Assembly (NCBI GenBank): GCA_028023455.1 | Contig: JAQFVV010000003.1 | Coordinates: 19,716,001-19,780,000 of the forward strand | DNA: 64,000 bases | DNA from: Epiperipatus broadwayi | Lineage: Eukaryota; Animalia; Onychophora | Reading direction: 5' to 3' | Shown here: positions 10,621-23,500 of the stretch, in pieces | Position numbering within the stretch: the stretch's first letter is position 1 | Layout: each line of letters begins with the position of its first letter | The notes under the pieces: model-generated | Told to the model about the DNA's origin: nothing | What the model saw: only the letters and a program-made list of their open reading frames with translations | Database searches by the model: none | Translations under genes and position numbers: made by a program

Positions 10621-13600
10621 ATTTCCAGGCAGATAATCTTGATTGATTGTTTTCTTAATAGGCTCTAGATTTTAAACTAAAAATAACTAACAGAAAACCT
10701 TACTTATTAAATATTTCAACTATGATGTTCATTATTTTAACTATGATGTCCATTAAAAATTAAATTATAATATTTGACTTACTGGTAGAGGGGTGTATTT
10801 CAAAATAAAAATTAGAAAAAGTTCTTATACTTTGATTTCTTACATCTAAATCTATTTACTCTAGTGCTTTGCACTCTGTATGACAAGAGGAGTAGCAATC
10901 AAAAGAGAATTCCTTTTGAATACATCTTAGCATTAACAATGTACTCTCTTTTTCATCCACACAGCTAATGTTTGTTGTAGTGGATTCATAAGAAATACAG
11001 TAATCATTCTTATTTATTTCTTTATTATTAAAAATTGTATCAATAGAAACTTCCATAAGAACGGGCAAACCAATATCCTAAGTCCTTTTATTCTAAAAAA
11101 AATTTCAATATTTTTTTTTAAACTAACATATCACCATCATGTTTTAAATATTTTCCAGGTACCTCATCAGGATCTGCAGTTTTTTTGTTTTTAAAATTAC
11201 AAAGAGCTGATTTAAATTCACTAAGGTGGATGTCAAAATTTAAATGAATTAACCTGGATATATTATTAAATTGATAACTCAGATATATTATTAAAAATTA
11301 TAACATTTTAAAAAAAATTATTGAAATACTCTTCCATTTGTTAGAAATATTATCATCATATTGGAGAGTGCAATTGATGGATATGATAGAGTCATAAGAT
11401 TCTTTTTTCAGTGCACCAAAAAAAAATTAAAAAGACCATGCTCTATGAATATCTTACTCATTTGCCACGTTTTTTTAAAATCAAGTTATTAACGATATCA
11501 GAAAATCATCCCTGATTTCTTTTTCTTTTTTTTAATATACTCAAAATAGATTTACTTTCATCCATAACATACCTTTTGGGAAAATTTTGTCTCAAATAAG
11601 TGGCTGTCACTTTTAACATGTTTTTTTTTTAAATCAAGTCATTATCATTGGCAGAGAACTATGTCTAATTCTTTTTTTTTTTTAGTTCTTTCAAGAATGG
11701 ATTTACTTGTATCCATAATCCACTTCTTAGAGAATTTCATGTCTCAGAAACATGACAATCCTGAAAATTCAAATTAGCCATTTAAGTGTTAACAGCAGTG
11801 AAATTTAGCATGAGTAATAGATGTTTCTTGTGAATATGATTGGAATAAAATCTATTTTTTTAATATAACTATCATTTTAATTTTGGAGCAAAGTAATCTG
11901 TGATCTGTTCACCAATCTGTACTTGCAAGTACTTATATAATATGAATTTGCCTTGCATTCTAACTCCTAACTATAATGTATTCTTTTAAATGCTATTATT
12001 TTAAATGTAGATGCAATCATGATCTTTCATAGCAATTTTTCTGCCTAAATGAAGTATTTATATGTTGTGCTAAAATTTAGTAACAGCAGATCATTTGAAT
12101 TTACAATAATGTTTATCCAAAGTCTAATATTATACCAACACTTGCAATTAAAGTCTCCAAGAAAAAAAAAATTTCATCTTTTAACCGGACAAAGCTGGAG
12201 AATATTATCAAAACTTTCTCTGAATCTAACATTGTTGCATAAGTACAAATAAAATGAGCATTGCAAAAGGCAAGTTTTAATAATATTAATCTTTACTGAT
12301 ACATTGAGGAATTGCAAGAATAGAAAGTAATAAATTAGACTTTACAGAAAATCCAACAATATTAGTATTTTCTTTTAATAGCTAACTTGCCTCCTTCTCT
12401 TCCCCCTTTCCCCCAAAAACTTGCTCTTTTAAACTTTCTTCCTCTGAAAGATGAGTTTTATTAAGAGCAGCTACCTCTTGTGAATTCCTTAGTTATCAGT
12501 TTGCACATTCCAGGGTACCTATATTTAGGAAAAAATAAGATTTATAACTTTAGTATCTATTATTGTTTTCTTCTTTACCACTATTGATATCATTTTTATT
12601 GCTTTAATGAATAATCTGCCAGGCACAATAATTGTCCATACAAATATAGACTAACAAATTTTTTAAGCCCCTTTTCTAGATTCTACCATAGTAGTCACAG
12701 TGATCTCTAAATAGGTTGCTTAAATATGCACTCTTTGTCAAATTGAAACTCTTGTTGTCAATATCAATTCCTATTTGATCACTGACTTGATCAAAAGTCA
12801 CAACTCTACTGCCACTTCTCTAGGGCTTAAACAAAATGAAAAAGAGAATTGGAGTCAGAATAAAATGAAAATGCGGTTTCATGAACACACAATTCAATTG
12901 TCATTATTGATTTAAGAAAATAACCACTGGCCTACATTAAGTAACTAGATAATAGACAAGAAAAGACTTCTATATTGGAAACATTACCTAGCCTTTGATG
13001 AACCAACATCTTATAAGATAGCAGCGGGTACCAGTAGTTAGGCATTGTTTATTGGTTATTCATACTTAAACCTACAATGGCTACAATCGATATATGATGA
13101 AAAATTGCTACCAAATTTCAAATATCTTAATTGAACAAGTATCTCTTTACCTTCTTAAGTATGTCTCTATTTTAAGAAAATCAAATTAGTTTGAATTTAC
13201 TACATGTAATTTTAATTTTATACCCCTTTCCCCTCCCCTATTCTGTTTTAGTGATATCAAATACCCCATAGTCTAAATTTGGGTATAATTTTTTTTCATC
13301 TTTTTCAAATGACAGCTTTTTTTTTTTGCTACTTTTTAAAAAAAAAACAATAAAACATGTTGTAACTATTGGAAACAATAATAAGAAGCAAATTTATTTC
13401 ATTAAAATCATTGATTATAAGAAAGAAATCAACTAATTATTAAAAAAACTGTCAACTGAATCCAGTTGAACAAAAGAGTATTTTATTCCATTTTTGGGGG
13501 ATATATTTTTTAAAAAAATTTATATAAGTAATTTATCATTTAACAGTAAATGGTGCTTATAAAAAAAAACTCAAATTTGAAGTGATAATTATATAAAACA

Positions 13601-13899
13601 ATATATATATATCTTAGGAATGGTATAAAATGCCTCTTGTGTTTTGAATGTTACTAAACCACATTGTAGCCATTGCAGATTAACTCTCTCATATCTGTAA
13701 ACTTCATTGGTAGCTTGGTAACATTGTCTGCAAATTCCAGCAACATCAAATATTTAGAATCATATTTCTATTTAATAAATTTATCCATTTTGCAGTAGTT
13801 ATGAAGTAAATAATTTTTACTATAATAAATTTTTACTAATGATGAAAACACTTAATAAAAATTGAAAATGATAACTATTAAAATTATTTGTTCATTGCC

Positions 13900-16700
13900 A
13901 GATCTATTATTTCAATGATGAACAGCACTGCAGATGAACTCTTTTCAGGCTATTCTTCCTCTCTGCTTTTCTTCATGTAGTTGTAAACCTTGTTCATTTT
14001 GTGATGTTATTCATCCATGACAATCTTGATCATTCTCTTTTTAATCTATTCACAATTCCAATTGTGACATTTTTTTCCAGTGTATATGCCTATCTCATCA
14101 CATGTTTAAAATAATGTAGCTATATTCATGTTACCATCTCCAATAGTTGTCTTTTGTACATCTTTTTTCATTAGTTCTCTTAATCATCTATGGCATCCAT
14201 CAACAATATTTCATTTCATAAACATCAATCCATATTCTCACTTTCTAAGAGTTCATGCCTCCTTTCCATATATTGCAATGGATAATATCAAACTCTTCAA
14301 TAGTCTACATTTTATCTCTCCTTACCAACTTTGGTTCAATGTTAAATAAATATGATGGCAACATACAATCCTGTTTCACTCTTTATTCTTTTTGAAACCA
14401 ATTTAAATTTGTGCCATTCTTATTCTAGTATTTTTGTTTCCTATATAAGATAATATCTGTACAAAAGTGAAGATATTTCATATTCAGCATTGTTATCTAA
14501 AACTTGACATGATATACAGAATCAAAAGCCTTATGATAATATATTAGAGACAAAGTGGTTTTTGAAATTCTATAGCCTTATTGAAAATAATGTTTAGATG
14601 CTTTTCAACCAATCTTCTATCATATAGCCAAGAACAAACTATGTAATCTATCTTCAAATTAATCCTTTTTTTTTTGGAATAACTCTACTGGTACTTTATC
14701 TGTTCTGGTGATCTCTCATGATATGGCTTCTACTATTTCAGTTTTTAATAATGACTATTCATATTCTATAATTTGTCTATCAAACACTTTTCTCCATCGA
14801 TTGACCATCTTTTCTGTGTTGTTGACAATCCATCATCTTTATTTTTTATCATAACTAATCTTGATATTAATAATAATAAAATTTAATTTAAATATTGATT
14901 TAGCTTTAAAAACAGTGCTTTTATAAAATTAAAATAATAGGAAAGCACGTTATAGTTATAAAAAAAAAAAAATTGGTCACTACAAAATGAATAATTATAA
15001 TCAAAATTTAAAAGTTTATTCACTTACTGGAGTTGGCAATTTAAAAAAGGTAAAATTTAAATAGAAGTTAAATTTTAATAAAATTATATATAAATAATAA
15101 TAATAATAATAATAGATATATTGATAATAAAGATAATAATTTAATTAAATAATTAAAAAATAGTAAATTAGATTAAATTATTTAAAAATTAAAAGGGATT
15201 AAAGAATATGTATATATATACATGGGTAATGTTAATAAAAAGTAAAAGTTTAAGCAGAATAAATCATAAAATTTTAATAGGAATATTTTAAATTCTTAAT
15301 AATTTAATATTTTAATATTTAATAATATTTATAATTATTGTGTAAAAAAAAATAGAAGATATTACAGAAAAGTTAAGTCATTACTGATGTAATGTATATA
15401 AATATATGTTGAGTTTTATGATATAATACATGGTCAAAGATGCATATTAATTATTATATGTGTAGGCTATTATCAGTGAACAGGTATTAGTTTATAAAAG
15501 TCTTTATATATTATACAACTTTGCAAAAAAAATGCTGATTAGTCGAAACTGTTAAGAAGGTATGTCAAATCATGATATTGTCTTGTAAGAAGTGTATAAA
15601 GAAAAGATTATTTATCGTAATTTTCTAAAAAAAAATTTCATAATATGAAACATTTTATTCGTCTTCTCACGTCTATTCTTTTTTCAAATTCTGTGCATAA
15701 ATTGCTTATGTATTCTTGTTTGTTTCTTTTTTGTATCTCTCATTTTTACTTTATATTATAGGTTCATGATTTCTTGTTTGTCATTTTCTGTATCATTTTT
15801 ACTTTGGTTCATGATTTTTGACTCTTTTTTTTTCATCAGTCATTTTCATTGTTTTCACTGTAACTAATCATCAATCTTTATTTTTCATTCATTTACTGTG
15901 ATCTCTCATGCAACTTCCAACATGTTCTTCAACATCACTATTCTCGGGCAAGTATGAAATCTGTTAATCTACAAACGTTTTCCAATAATCTATCATCAAC
16001 TATGTTATCTACATTTAGTCTTTTAATATTTCTCTTCCTGATAGTGTATAGTTTTATTTTTATTTTTATATTTGCAGTCAAAAAGCAATGGTGTGCATAT
16101 AGGTCATTTTCTGGATATATTTTTGGATTTTCTTAATATACTTTTTTAATTTTTCTATCTACTGTGCTATTTTATTTCTATCAACACCATCTGGTCGTAT
16201 TCATATATACTTTTATATTGTAAAAACTTTATATTTATGATAATTATTTTTATTAAAGAAATGTACTAGATTTTATCCAGCTATATCTCCCCAATCTATA
16301 TCTGTTAGTCATTTTATCATCTAGTGTTTGGCATTCATATCACTTTAGCTGATATTAAGGCTTTTTTTTTTTTCATTTATGGTAAGCTGATTACAATATT
16401 TTATGAAACTGCTGTGTATACTTTGTTGTTACTGTCATAGGGGCTTAACATTGTATAATTATTAAATCTATTTGTATAACTTATGTAAACCACCAGAATT
16501 CTTTTTTTTATTCACTCATATTTTTATCAATGTTTCATTTTATCTCTTATATATAACAATATAAACATCCACTGTGTTGTAAACTCCGACCTGTATGTTT
16601 TTTGCTTCTGCTAAATCACAAGTAAGTATTCCAATCCTTTCCACTTTATGTCCCATCAACCTCAGTTTACTAATCCTTCTAATTTGTCTAACATTCTATG
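13900..16700 (-). mobile_element. Decayed RTE-clade LINE (EN and RT remnants) interrupted by an AT-rich tract at ~14830-15640
   Basis: Minus-strand remnants include LIIIQC*AP, T*IRPDG.DRNKI, HHCFLTANIKIK, SPEQ/DKVPVELF-like, GVKQDCMLPSYLFNI and RLLKSLILSIAIYGKEA*TL. Boundaries are approximate. Confidence 0.7.
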
Positions 16701-17751
16701 TACTAATTCTTATCTCTTTTCTCAGTTCCATTCTCCCCATTAATTTCCACTATATTTATCTGCTTATATTTGATCCTGTATTCCACTTGGTCTTCCAGTA
16801 TCCATTTTTTGACCCTGCTCTGGTTGTTCAATAGGAGATGCTATTGTTGATTATCCAATTGACAGCTCAGCCCACATGAATCATTATTTATGTTTTTCAT
16901 CATTTAAAAACAAATCCCATTTGTCTTTACTGCCCTTTGGGAATTTAATGCAGTAGGATTCCAAACCTTTCCATCTTGCTGTCAACCAGAGTACTATTTT
17001 TCCATGCATTCTGGTTTTAATGGCTTTAACTACAAACCAACAATCATCCCCATCTCATGGAGTTTGCCCAAGATTAAGAGTCGAGAACTATGCTTGATAG
17101 TGGTTGCTAATTCATCAGAAGTATTATCTTTTCTAGCAATGTCTACCCAATTTAAAACACAAGAAATCAGAAATATATATGTTCTAATATTATGAGTAAT
17201 CATGTTCATATAATATAAACTACAAAAACAAGTTATATCAAATACTTATGAACAATTAAAATACAAACAGATATGCTCAGATAGTTTACTGAAAACAATG
17301 CAACTTATTATTTTCATTGTAAATTGCGTCTATTACAAATTCATTTCAACATTCTTTTTCAAGTTTGGGTCACTTGTTCTATTTTTCTGTCAATCTTTTA
17401 TCATGTTGAAAATCACTTGTCTCAAGTTTATAGAACTCTAATATTTCAAAGAATACCATTTAAGAACTATTATTGTTAAATCTTTAGAATTTGGATTAAA
17501 GGATAAAATGAATAAAAAATAATCTCATACAAAAAACAAGTCGAATAGTCATTTTCATTGGGTTTTTTTTTATATATATAGAAATGGTACTAGAGAAGAC
17601 TGATAGATTTCATTGCTCTCTAATTCATTATAATTATTGCTAGTATTATAAAAAAATCTTTTGACATCTTTTAATATGTAATTTATATATTTTGTTCAAG
17701 TATTTGATCTTTTATGTATAATTTGTATGTTTTTTTTTTTGTTTTTTTAAG

Positions 17752-18323
17752 GTGGATATAATCCTGGACCTCCACCAGGGCATGGTTCTTATCCTCCACC
17801 TGGGATTAGCCCAGAGCTATGGCAATGGTTTCAAATAGTAGATGAAGACCGAAGTGGTCGTATATCAGTGAAAGAGTTGCAGCAAATTCTTTTAAATGGC
17901 AATTGGCAGCCATTTAATGAAGAAACTTGTCGATTAATGGTTGGTATGTTCGATCGGGAAAAAACGGGTTCTATTGGAATTTATGAATTTTCTTCTCTTT
18001 GGAAATATATCCAAGACTGGAAAAATTGTTTCGAACAATTTGACACTGATAAATCTGGAAACATTGATGTTAGTGAATTGCATAATGCTTTTCATACATT
18101 TGGTTATACTCTTTCTTTAGATTTTACTCATTTAATAATAAGAAGATTTAGTCGAGATGGACGTCCCATAATCAATTTTGATGCTTTTATTCAGACGTGT
18201 GTTATGCTACATTCTCTCACAAATGCTTTCAGAGAGAAAGATAAAAGTCTGAATGGAGTTATTACTATCCATTATGAAGAATTTCTACAAATGGTTATGG
18301 AAACTACAGTCATCAAAACTTAA
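17752..18323 (+). CDS. PEF1: Peflin (penta-EF-hand protein) terminal coding exon
   Basis: Poly-T tract and TAAG| acceptor at 17751. The open frame extends upstream of the listed ORF: GYNPGPPPGHGSYPPPGISPELWQWFQIVDEDRSGRISVKELQQILLNGNWQPFNEETCRLMVGMFD... It has five EF-hand-like segments, and the PPG..P...WF and NW..FN.ETC..M..MFD motifs match peflin rather than ALG-2 or sorcin. Confidence 0.88.
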
Positions 18324-18471
18324 AACCCAAATACAATCAATTTTTATTATATTTTTATAATATATTATTTTAAGTGAATTTTTCTTAATGCTCATATGGA
18401 AATTATATTTAAAGTATTTCAAATAACATAACTTTAATTGAGAATGAGCTAATATAATCTGGAGAAATAAT

Positions 18472-18477
18472 AATAAA
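18472..18477 (+). promoter_or_regulatory. Candidate polyadenylation signal for peflin
   Basis: AATAAA ~150 bp after the stop codon; this is weak evidence in AT-rich DNA. Confidence 0.3.
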
Positions 18478-19704
18478 AGAATATGCTTCACTAGTTTCAA
18501 CTTAACAAATAAATGTTACAGGACTATAATTTTTGAAGTCTTGGTACAATTATAACCAATTTGTTAATGTTTCTTCATACCAAATCAAGCATAATATGAG
18601 CACATTAACTCTCATTGAATAGATCAATGATAACATAATTGACTGTGATCAATTCTTTATCAACTTTTCATTGTTTAATTCCAGTAAAAAAATTTATCAT
18701 GCATATCTTTCTTTGGAAACATTTTTTTTTTCTTGATTTATTATAGACTTATTCTTAATTAGGATAATCAGTGGATTTCAGGTGAAGCCATCAAATTCTT
18801 ATAACAGATGACTTGGTCTCTGCTCTTCCGATTGAAAATACTATAATATTTCTCTATCCGAAGAAGATCTGGAAATAAAAAGTAGTGATGAGAGAAAAAA
18901 TATAAAATATTTATTTTTTGGTTGTAGGATGTTGAAATGGAATAGGATGAGTTGCTTGGCGAGTAGTAAAAATAATAATGGAGAAAAAATGGAAGTAGTA
19001 AAGATTTTTTTTATATTTAGGTTCTGATGATATTATTGAGGAATACTTTTATTAAAATGTAATAGAAAAATAGACTATGTCATTGATGACACAATGATTT
19101 GACAATAGTTGATTGGAAGAAAAGTGGATTTTTTTCAGAAGTACCAAAAATGGTTTTAGAGGGAGGAATTTTAACTTTTTGCAGGGTTTGTAGACATTGT
19201 TTTACATACACAAAATTTATTGATCTCAACTAAAACAAGCCAGTTTTCTTCACATGAGGAAAGAACCAATAAGTTGATAATCACTCAAGAGAATCTATGT
19301 ATTGCTATCTAATATGTATTTATTGCTCATGCTTTTAAAAATAGTTCTTTATTGAGAAAAATCAGGCAAATATTCAAATTGTTTTCCATTATTTTTACAC
19401 ATTCTACTTTTTAGCTGATCTCAGGTTGTTATTATCACGTGCCAAAAAATGAACAGTTGCATGATATTAATGTCATGATGTTTGAAAAAAATTTCTTTAT
19501 TCTTTACTATCCATCATAGAATGAAATCCATATGATTAAGGAGAATAGGCTTCTTAAGAAATTTTTGATCCAGAAAGCTTGTAAATTTATCACATAATGG
19601 ATCAGTGTATCATCTTAAGAATATTCATATATTTTTTACATAGAACCTGTTCGGGTTGGCAATAAGTAAATGGAAAATTATAAAATGAGGTTAAATTTTA
19701 TATA

Positions 19705-20556
19705 CAAAGATGGATCCAAAAATAACTGGAATTGTTCTCTGGTAAATGCGCCTGTTGTCATACGTGTTTCTGCTATTACATATCTCTTGCAAGAACCCTT
19801 TGCATCAGTCTGCCAAATTACATTAACGTGTGAAATTGTGGTCCCATGTAACACATTTTTTTGTAAAGTGCATTTTGCATATTTGGCTTTTTTTTTTGTG
19901 ATGACTGAAAAGTTGGAATAATATGAAATTCTGTTTTTTTTTTTAGGGAAATGGCAGGGAAAACAGTTGTGATGTTTGAAACAGATTACAAAGCTGTTTT
20001 TTTGGAAAACACAACCTTACGAATGATTTAATGAAATTGACCATCTCACAAATGAAGTCCACTGCCAAGATAATGCTGATAGTTTTTTTTTATTGTCGCA
20101 AATCAGATGTCTTATCTACAAGTTCTGAAACGTTTACATGATGCAATAAAATGTAAACATCCTGTTTTGTGGCAAAGTGAAGAATGCAAGCTTTACCAAG
20201 ACAATTTTTCTGCAGTCTTGAGTGTGAAACAATTTTTAATTAAATTCAGTATGATCCAACTTATCTATCAGTCATATTTGCTCGATCTCTAACTGTATGA
20301 CTTTTTTTTATTCTCAATGAAAAAATGCCTCATTTTTTTTTTTTTGCTGACTTAGAAATGGTGAAAAAAAAAAAAATGAGACAGGCGTTAAAAGACTTCA
20401 CTTTGGGTGTTCAGACTACTTCGAAAAATGAAAAACACATTTAGATTGATGTAGAGCATTAAATGGACATACTTTGAAGATTAAATTTGTAACACTTAAA
20501 GATTAATAAACAATTTTTTATTATAAAATTCCGGTTATTTTTGGATCCATTCCTCA
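19705..20556 (+). mobile_element. Internally deleted Tc1/mariner DNA transposon
   Basis: TIRs TA|CAAAGATGGATCCAAAAATAACTGGAATT and AATTCCGGTTATTTTTGGATCCATTCCTCA|TA with a TA TSD. The internal remnant YLQVLKRLHDAI..K.P.LW......QDN...SVKQFL......Y..DL...DFFLF matches the mariner DD34D C-terminus. Confidence 0.88.
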
Positions 20557-23500
20557 TATATCTCATAAATTTTGAAGAATCATATATGTAAGTTTTTTTT
20601 TTAAAAAAATGTACATTTTTAATCAGTTTAAAGTCTGCAAATTTAAATCTTATCCAATATCTCTTACATGTATACATAATAAAAAAATAAATATTGTAAA
20701 ATTGAAAATATGTATATTTAAACAATTTTCTTTAAATTATAATGAATTTGTCTTCATTCACAGCTTTATATCTGGTCACTAGGTATTATTCCTATATTGT
20801 TTTCATTTAAAGAATTTTACTTATCTAGTATCCATTTACCTATTCTAAGTTTCCAAGCTAATAAGCTTTAACTTTCATCATCCAAAGATTTTGAATTCTA
20901 ATCACTGGAATGTTTCACTATATAGACCTGAAACTAGTATAAAAATATTTAATATGACTTTTCTCATCTTAGTTTGTCCATAATATATAATAGTGACATC
21001 TATTTTAAGTCGTACTTTGAATGGATAATAAAATTTAGATTGCAATATAGTTAATGATTAGAGACACTTAACAATTGTTTTATGCCCAAGAAAACTATTT
21101 AGTAATCATATGTTTTATAGTTCTATCAAAGTTTCATTACTTTAAAAACTTATCAAACAGTCTCTCTATTCTGAGAAAGAAAAAAAAACCAGCCATTCAA
21201 TGAAGGCACATTATATTGCCATCTAATATGTATTATTTTTGATATAAGACTACAAATTGATATATATGATTTTTCTATTAAATTTAGAGGACGTAGTTTA
21301 AAAGAGGAATTGGGTATCACTAGATATTTATTCTGATAATTGATAAAGCAAATATGTTTTCATTTTAAGCATTTTCAGTTATAAATATATTCTCCTTTGT
21401 TGTATTGTTTATAAATATACACAGTATATTTTTTTTTGCTGTCTATTGCCTTTTAAAACATTTTTTTCTTTGAGCAATCACAAACCTGGATATTTAAATA
21501 GCTTTTTGGCTGTAAAGAATATCTTTGTTTCCTACAACTTAAAACTTATTTTATTAAGATCTTTATTTCTAACTTGCATATATTTATAATTTACAAAATG
21601 AAAGTTAATAATATATATTGTAATTATATAAGTATATTACTGAGTAGTTGAGCTTCTTAATGGTTTAAAACATTCAACTTATATTGATCATGATATTGTT
21701 TTCAAATCCAGGAGGCACTTAATTTTTTTTTTTTGATGTCTAAGAATTTCTGAAATGACTGAAGTTTTTTTTTTTTTTGTATCTAAGCCATATCCATCTT
21801 GTAGTTGATTGGTAAATAGGTATCTAAATATTTTAAGTTAGAAGATAAAACAGGAAAGATAAATGCTAAAATCCTCATCAACTAGTAGCTGATCATGTTA
21901 GTAAATAATATCTTTCCCTTTACTACTTTTATCCTGAAGTTTGCTATTTTTGAGTTATTGTATCTTTTTATATAATTGTTTTGTTGAAATTTAAACTGAG
22001 GATGCTGTTTAACATAGTCAAAATATTACAAATAAAATAAGCTTTAAAAAAAACTTTGGAGTTTTATTTTATAAATTCTACAAAACTGTGTGGTTACGAT
22101 GCCGAGAAGTTTTTTTTGAATTGAAAACACTTATAATTTTTATGTGCTTTTAGATAATTACATTCTTAAGCCATATATATATGTAATAATTTAAAATAGC
22201 ATTTTAACTTAGAGCCTCTATTTACTGTGTAAAATGGTCTTTTTTTTTTTACATATCATTGTGATCAACACTATTATTTAATATAGTTGAATGATTAAAA
22301 CTCAAGTGATAATGTGACATTTAAGCAGCAGAGTGACAGGCAGAGCTTTGATCCAGAACTATTAAGCTTTTGAGTTTATCATACTGCCATTGCACTAAAC
22401 CTCGCAAGGTATACTTAAAATTGTTGAAATATATCCACCAGTATTAAGCATATTTAAGATGACTTGTTAGGGTGTTATTTAATGCTTTTCATTTATTCTG
22501 TTTCATAAATATATCAGTTTGCATGTGAATGATTTCATTTCTTTTTATAAGATTTTCATTACTACATTTTTAATTTTATTTTTTTTCTTAAGTAATAATA
22601 TATTTTTAAAGATTTATTTTATTCTTAAAACTTGTTTATTTCTAATAACTAACAAAATATTGGGAGAAAATTTCACAATATTTTATTATTGTTATTAGTT
22701 TTTGTTTTTATTCATTTTTTTTATTATTATTTAAAAATATATAAATTGCAGTTTTGTCCATAATTGTGTTGAATATTTGCACATGTGAATAATATAAGGA
22801 CCAGTAGCAAATCATGATCATTATTTTAAACATTATATGTGTGTGTATTTGCACACAAACGTTATTTAATTACAAAAATAAAATTTTAATTCTTTCAAAA
22901 TCAAAAAAAGATTTGTCAAATGATTTCAGCACTAAAAATATGTCAAAATACTGTCTTCTTTAAATTTTCAAAATTGTTTTGGAAAAAAACTTATTTTCAA
23001 ATTTTTGAATTATGTGTTTATCCAATATCTCTTAGCCTGGGATACATGCATCCATCATAGTGTATATCTTTTTTGCTGAATGTATGAATCATTTAAAAGA
23101 TTTTAAGTACCCATTATCAAAGACATTGAAAATTCAGCTCAATACAGCCATAAATAATGTTCTACTGAAATTATATTTGTTTTAGAAGCATTTACATGCG
23201 AATATACTCTGCCTCCTTTCTGCTACAACAAATGTCCAAACTAAAGACCTATCATTTATACAAATATATATTTTATTTTGTTTTCATATTACAGTTAAAA
23301 TTGTTTATTATGACATTCAGTGGAAGAAATTTGTTACACTCTGATTAAACTGTGCATCTTAAAAAAAAACAACTATATTATTATTTTGTTTTTATTTGAG
23401 ATAAATTTTACACAATAAATTTATAAAAATAAAAAATTAATATTTTGTAGAAGGTTCAAGAACTTTTATATATCGAAAAAATGATCACTACTTTTTTTTT

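Noticed and set aside
12480-12830. Possible CR1-like RT C-terminal remnant on the minus strand (similar weak traces at 44560-45300 on the plus strand)
   Set aside because: Only scattered residues match, too decayed to call.
14830-15420. Extremely AT-rich tract with faint resemblance to mitochondrial genes (possible NUMT)
   Set aside because: No continuous mitochondrial ORF or tRNA; low complexity explains the resemblance. BLASTn against mitogenomes would decide it.
18790-19690. Possible piggyBac transposase remnant (EPVRVGNK resembles KPVRFG.K)
   Set aside because: Single short motif, with no TTAA-flanked TIRs found.
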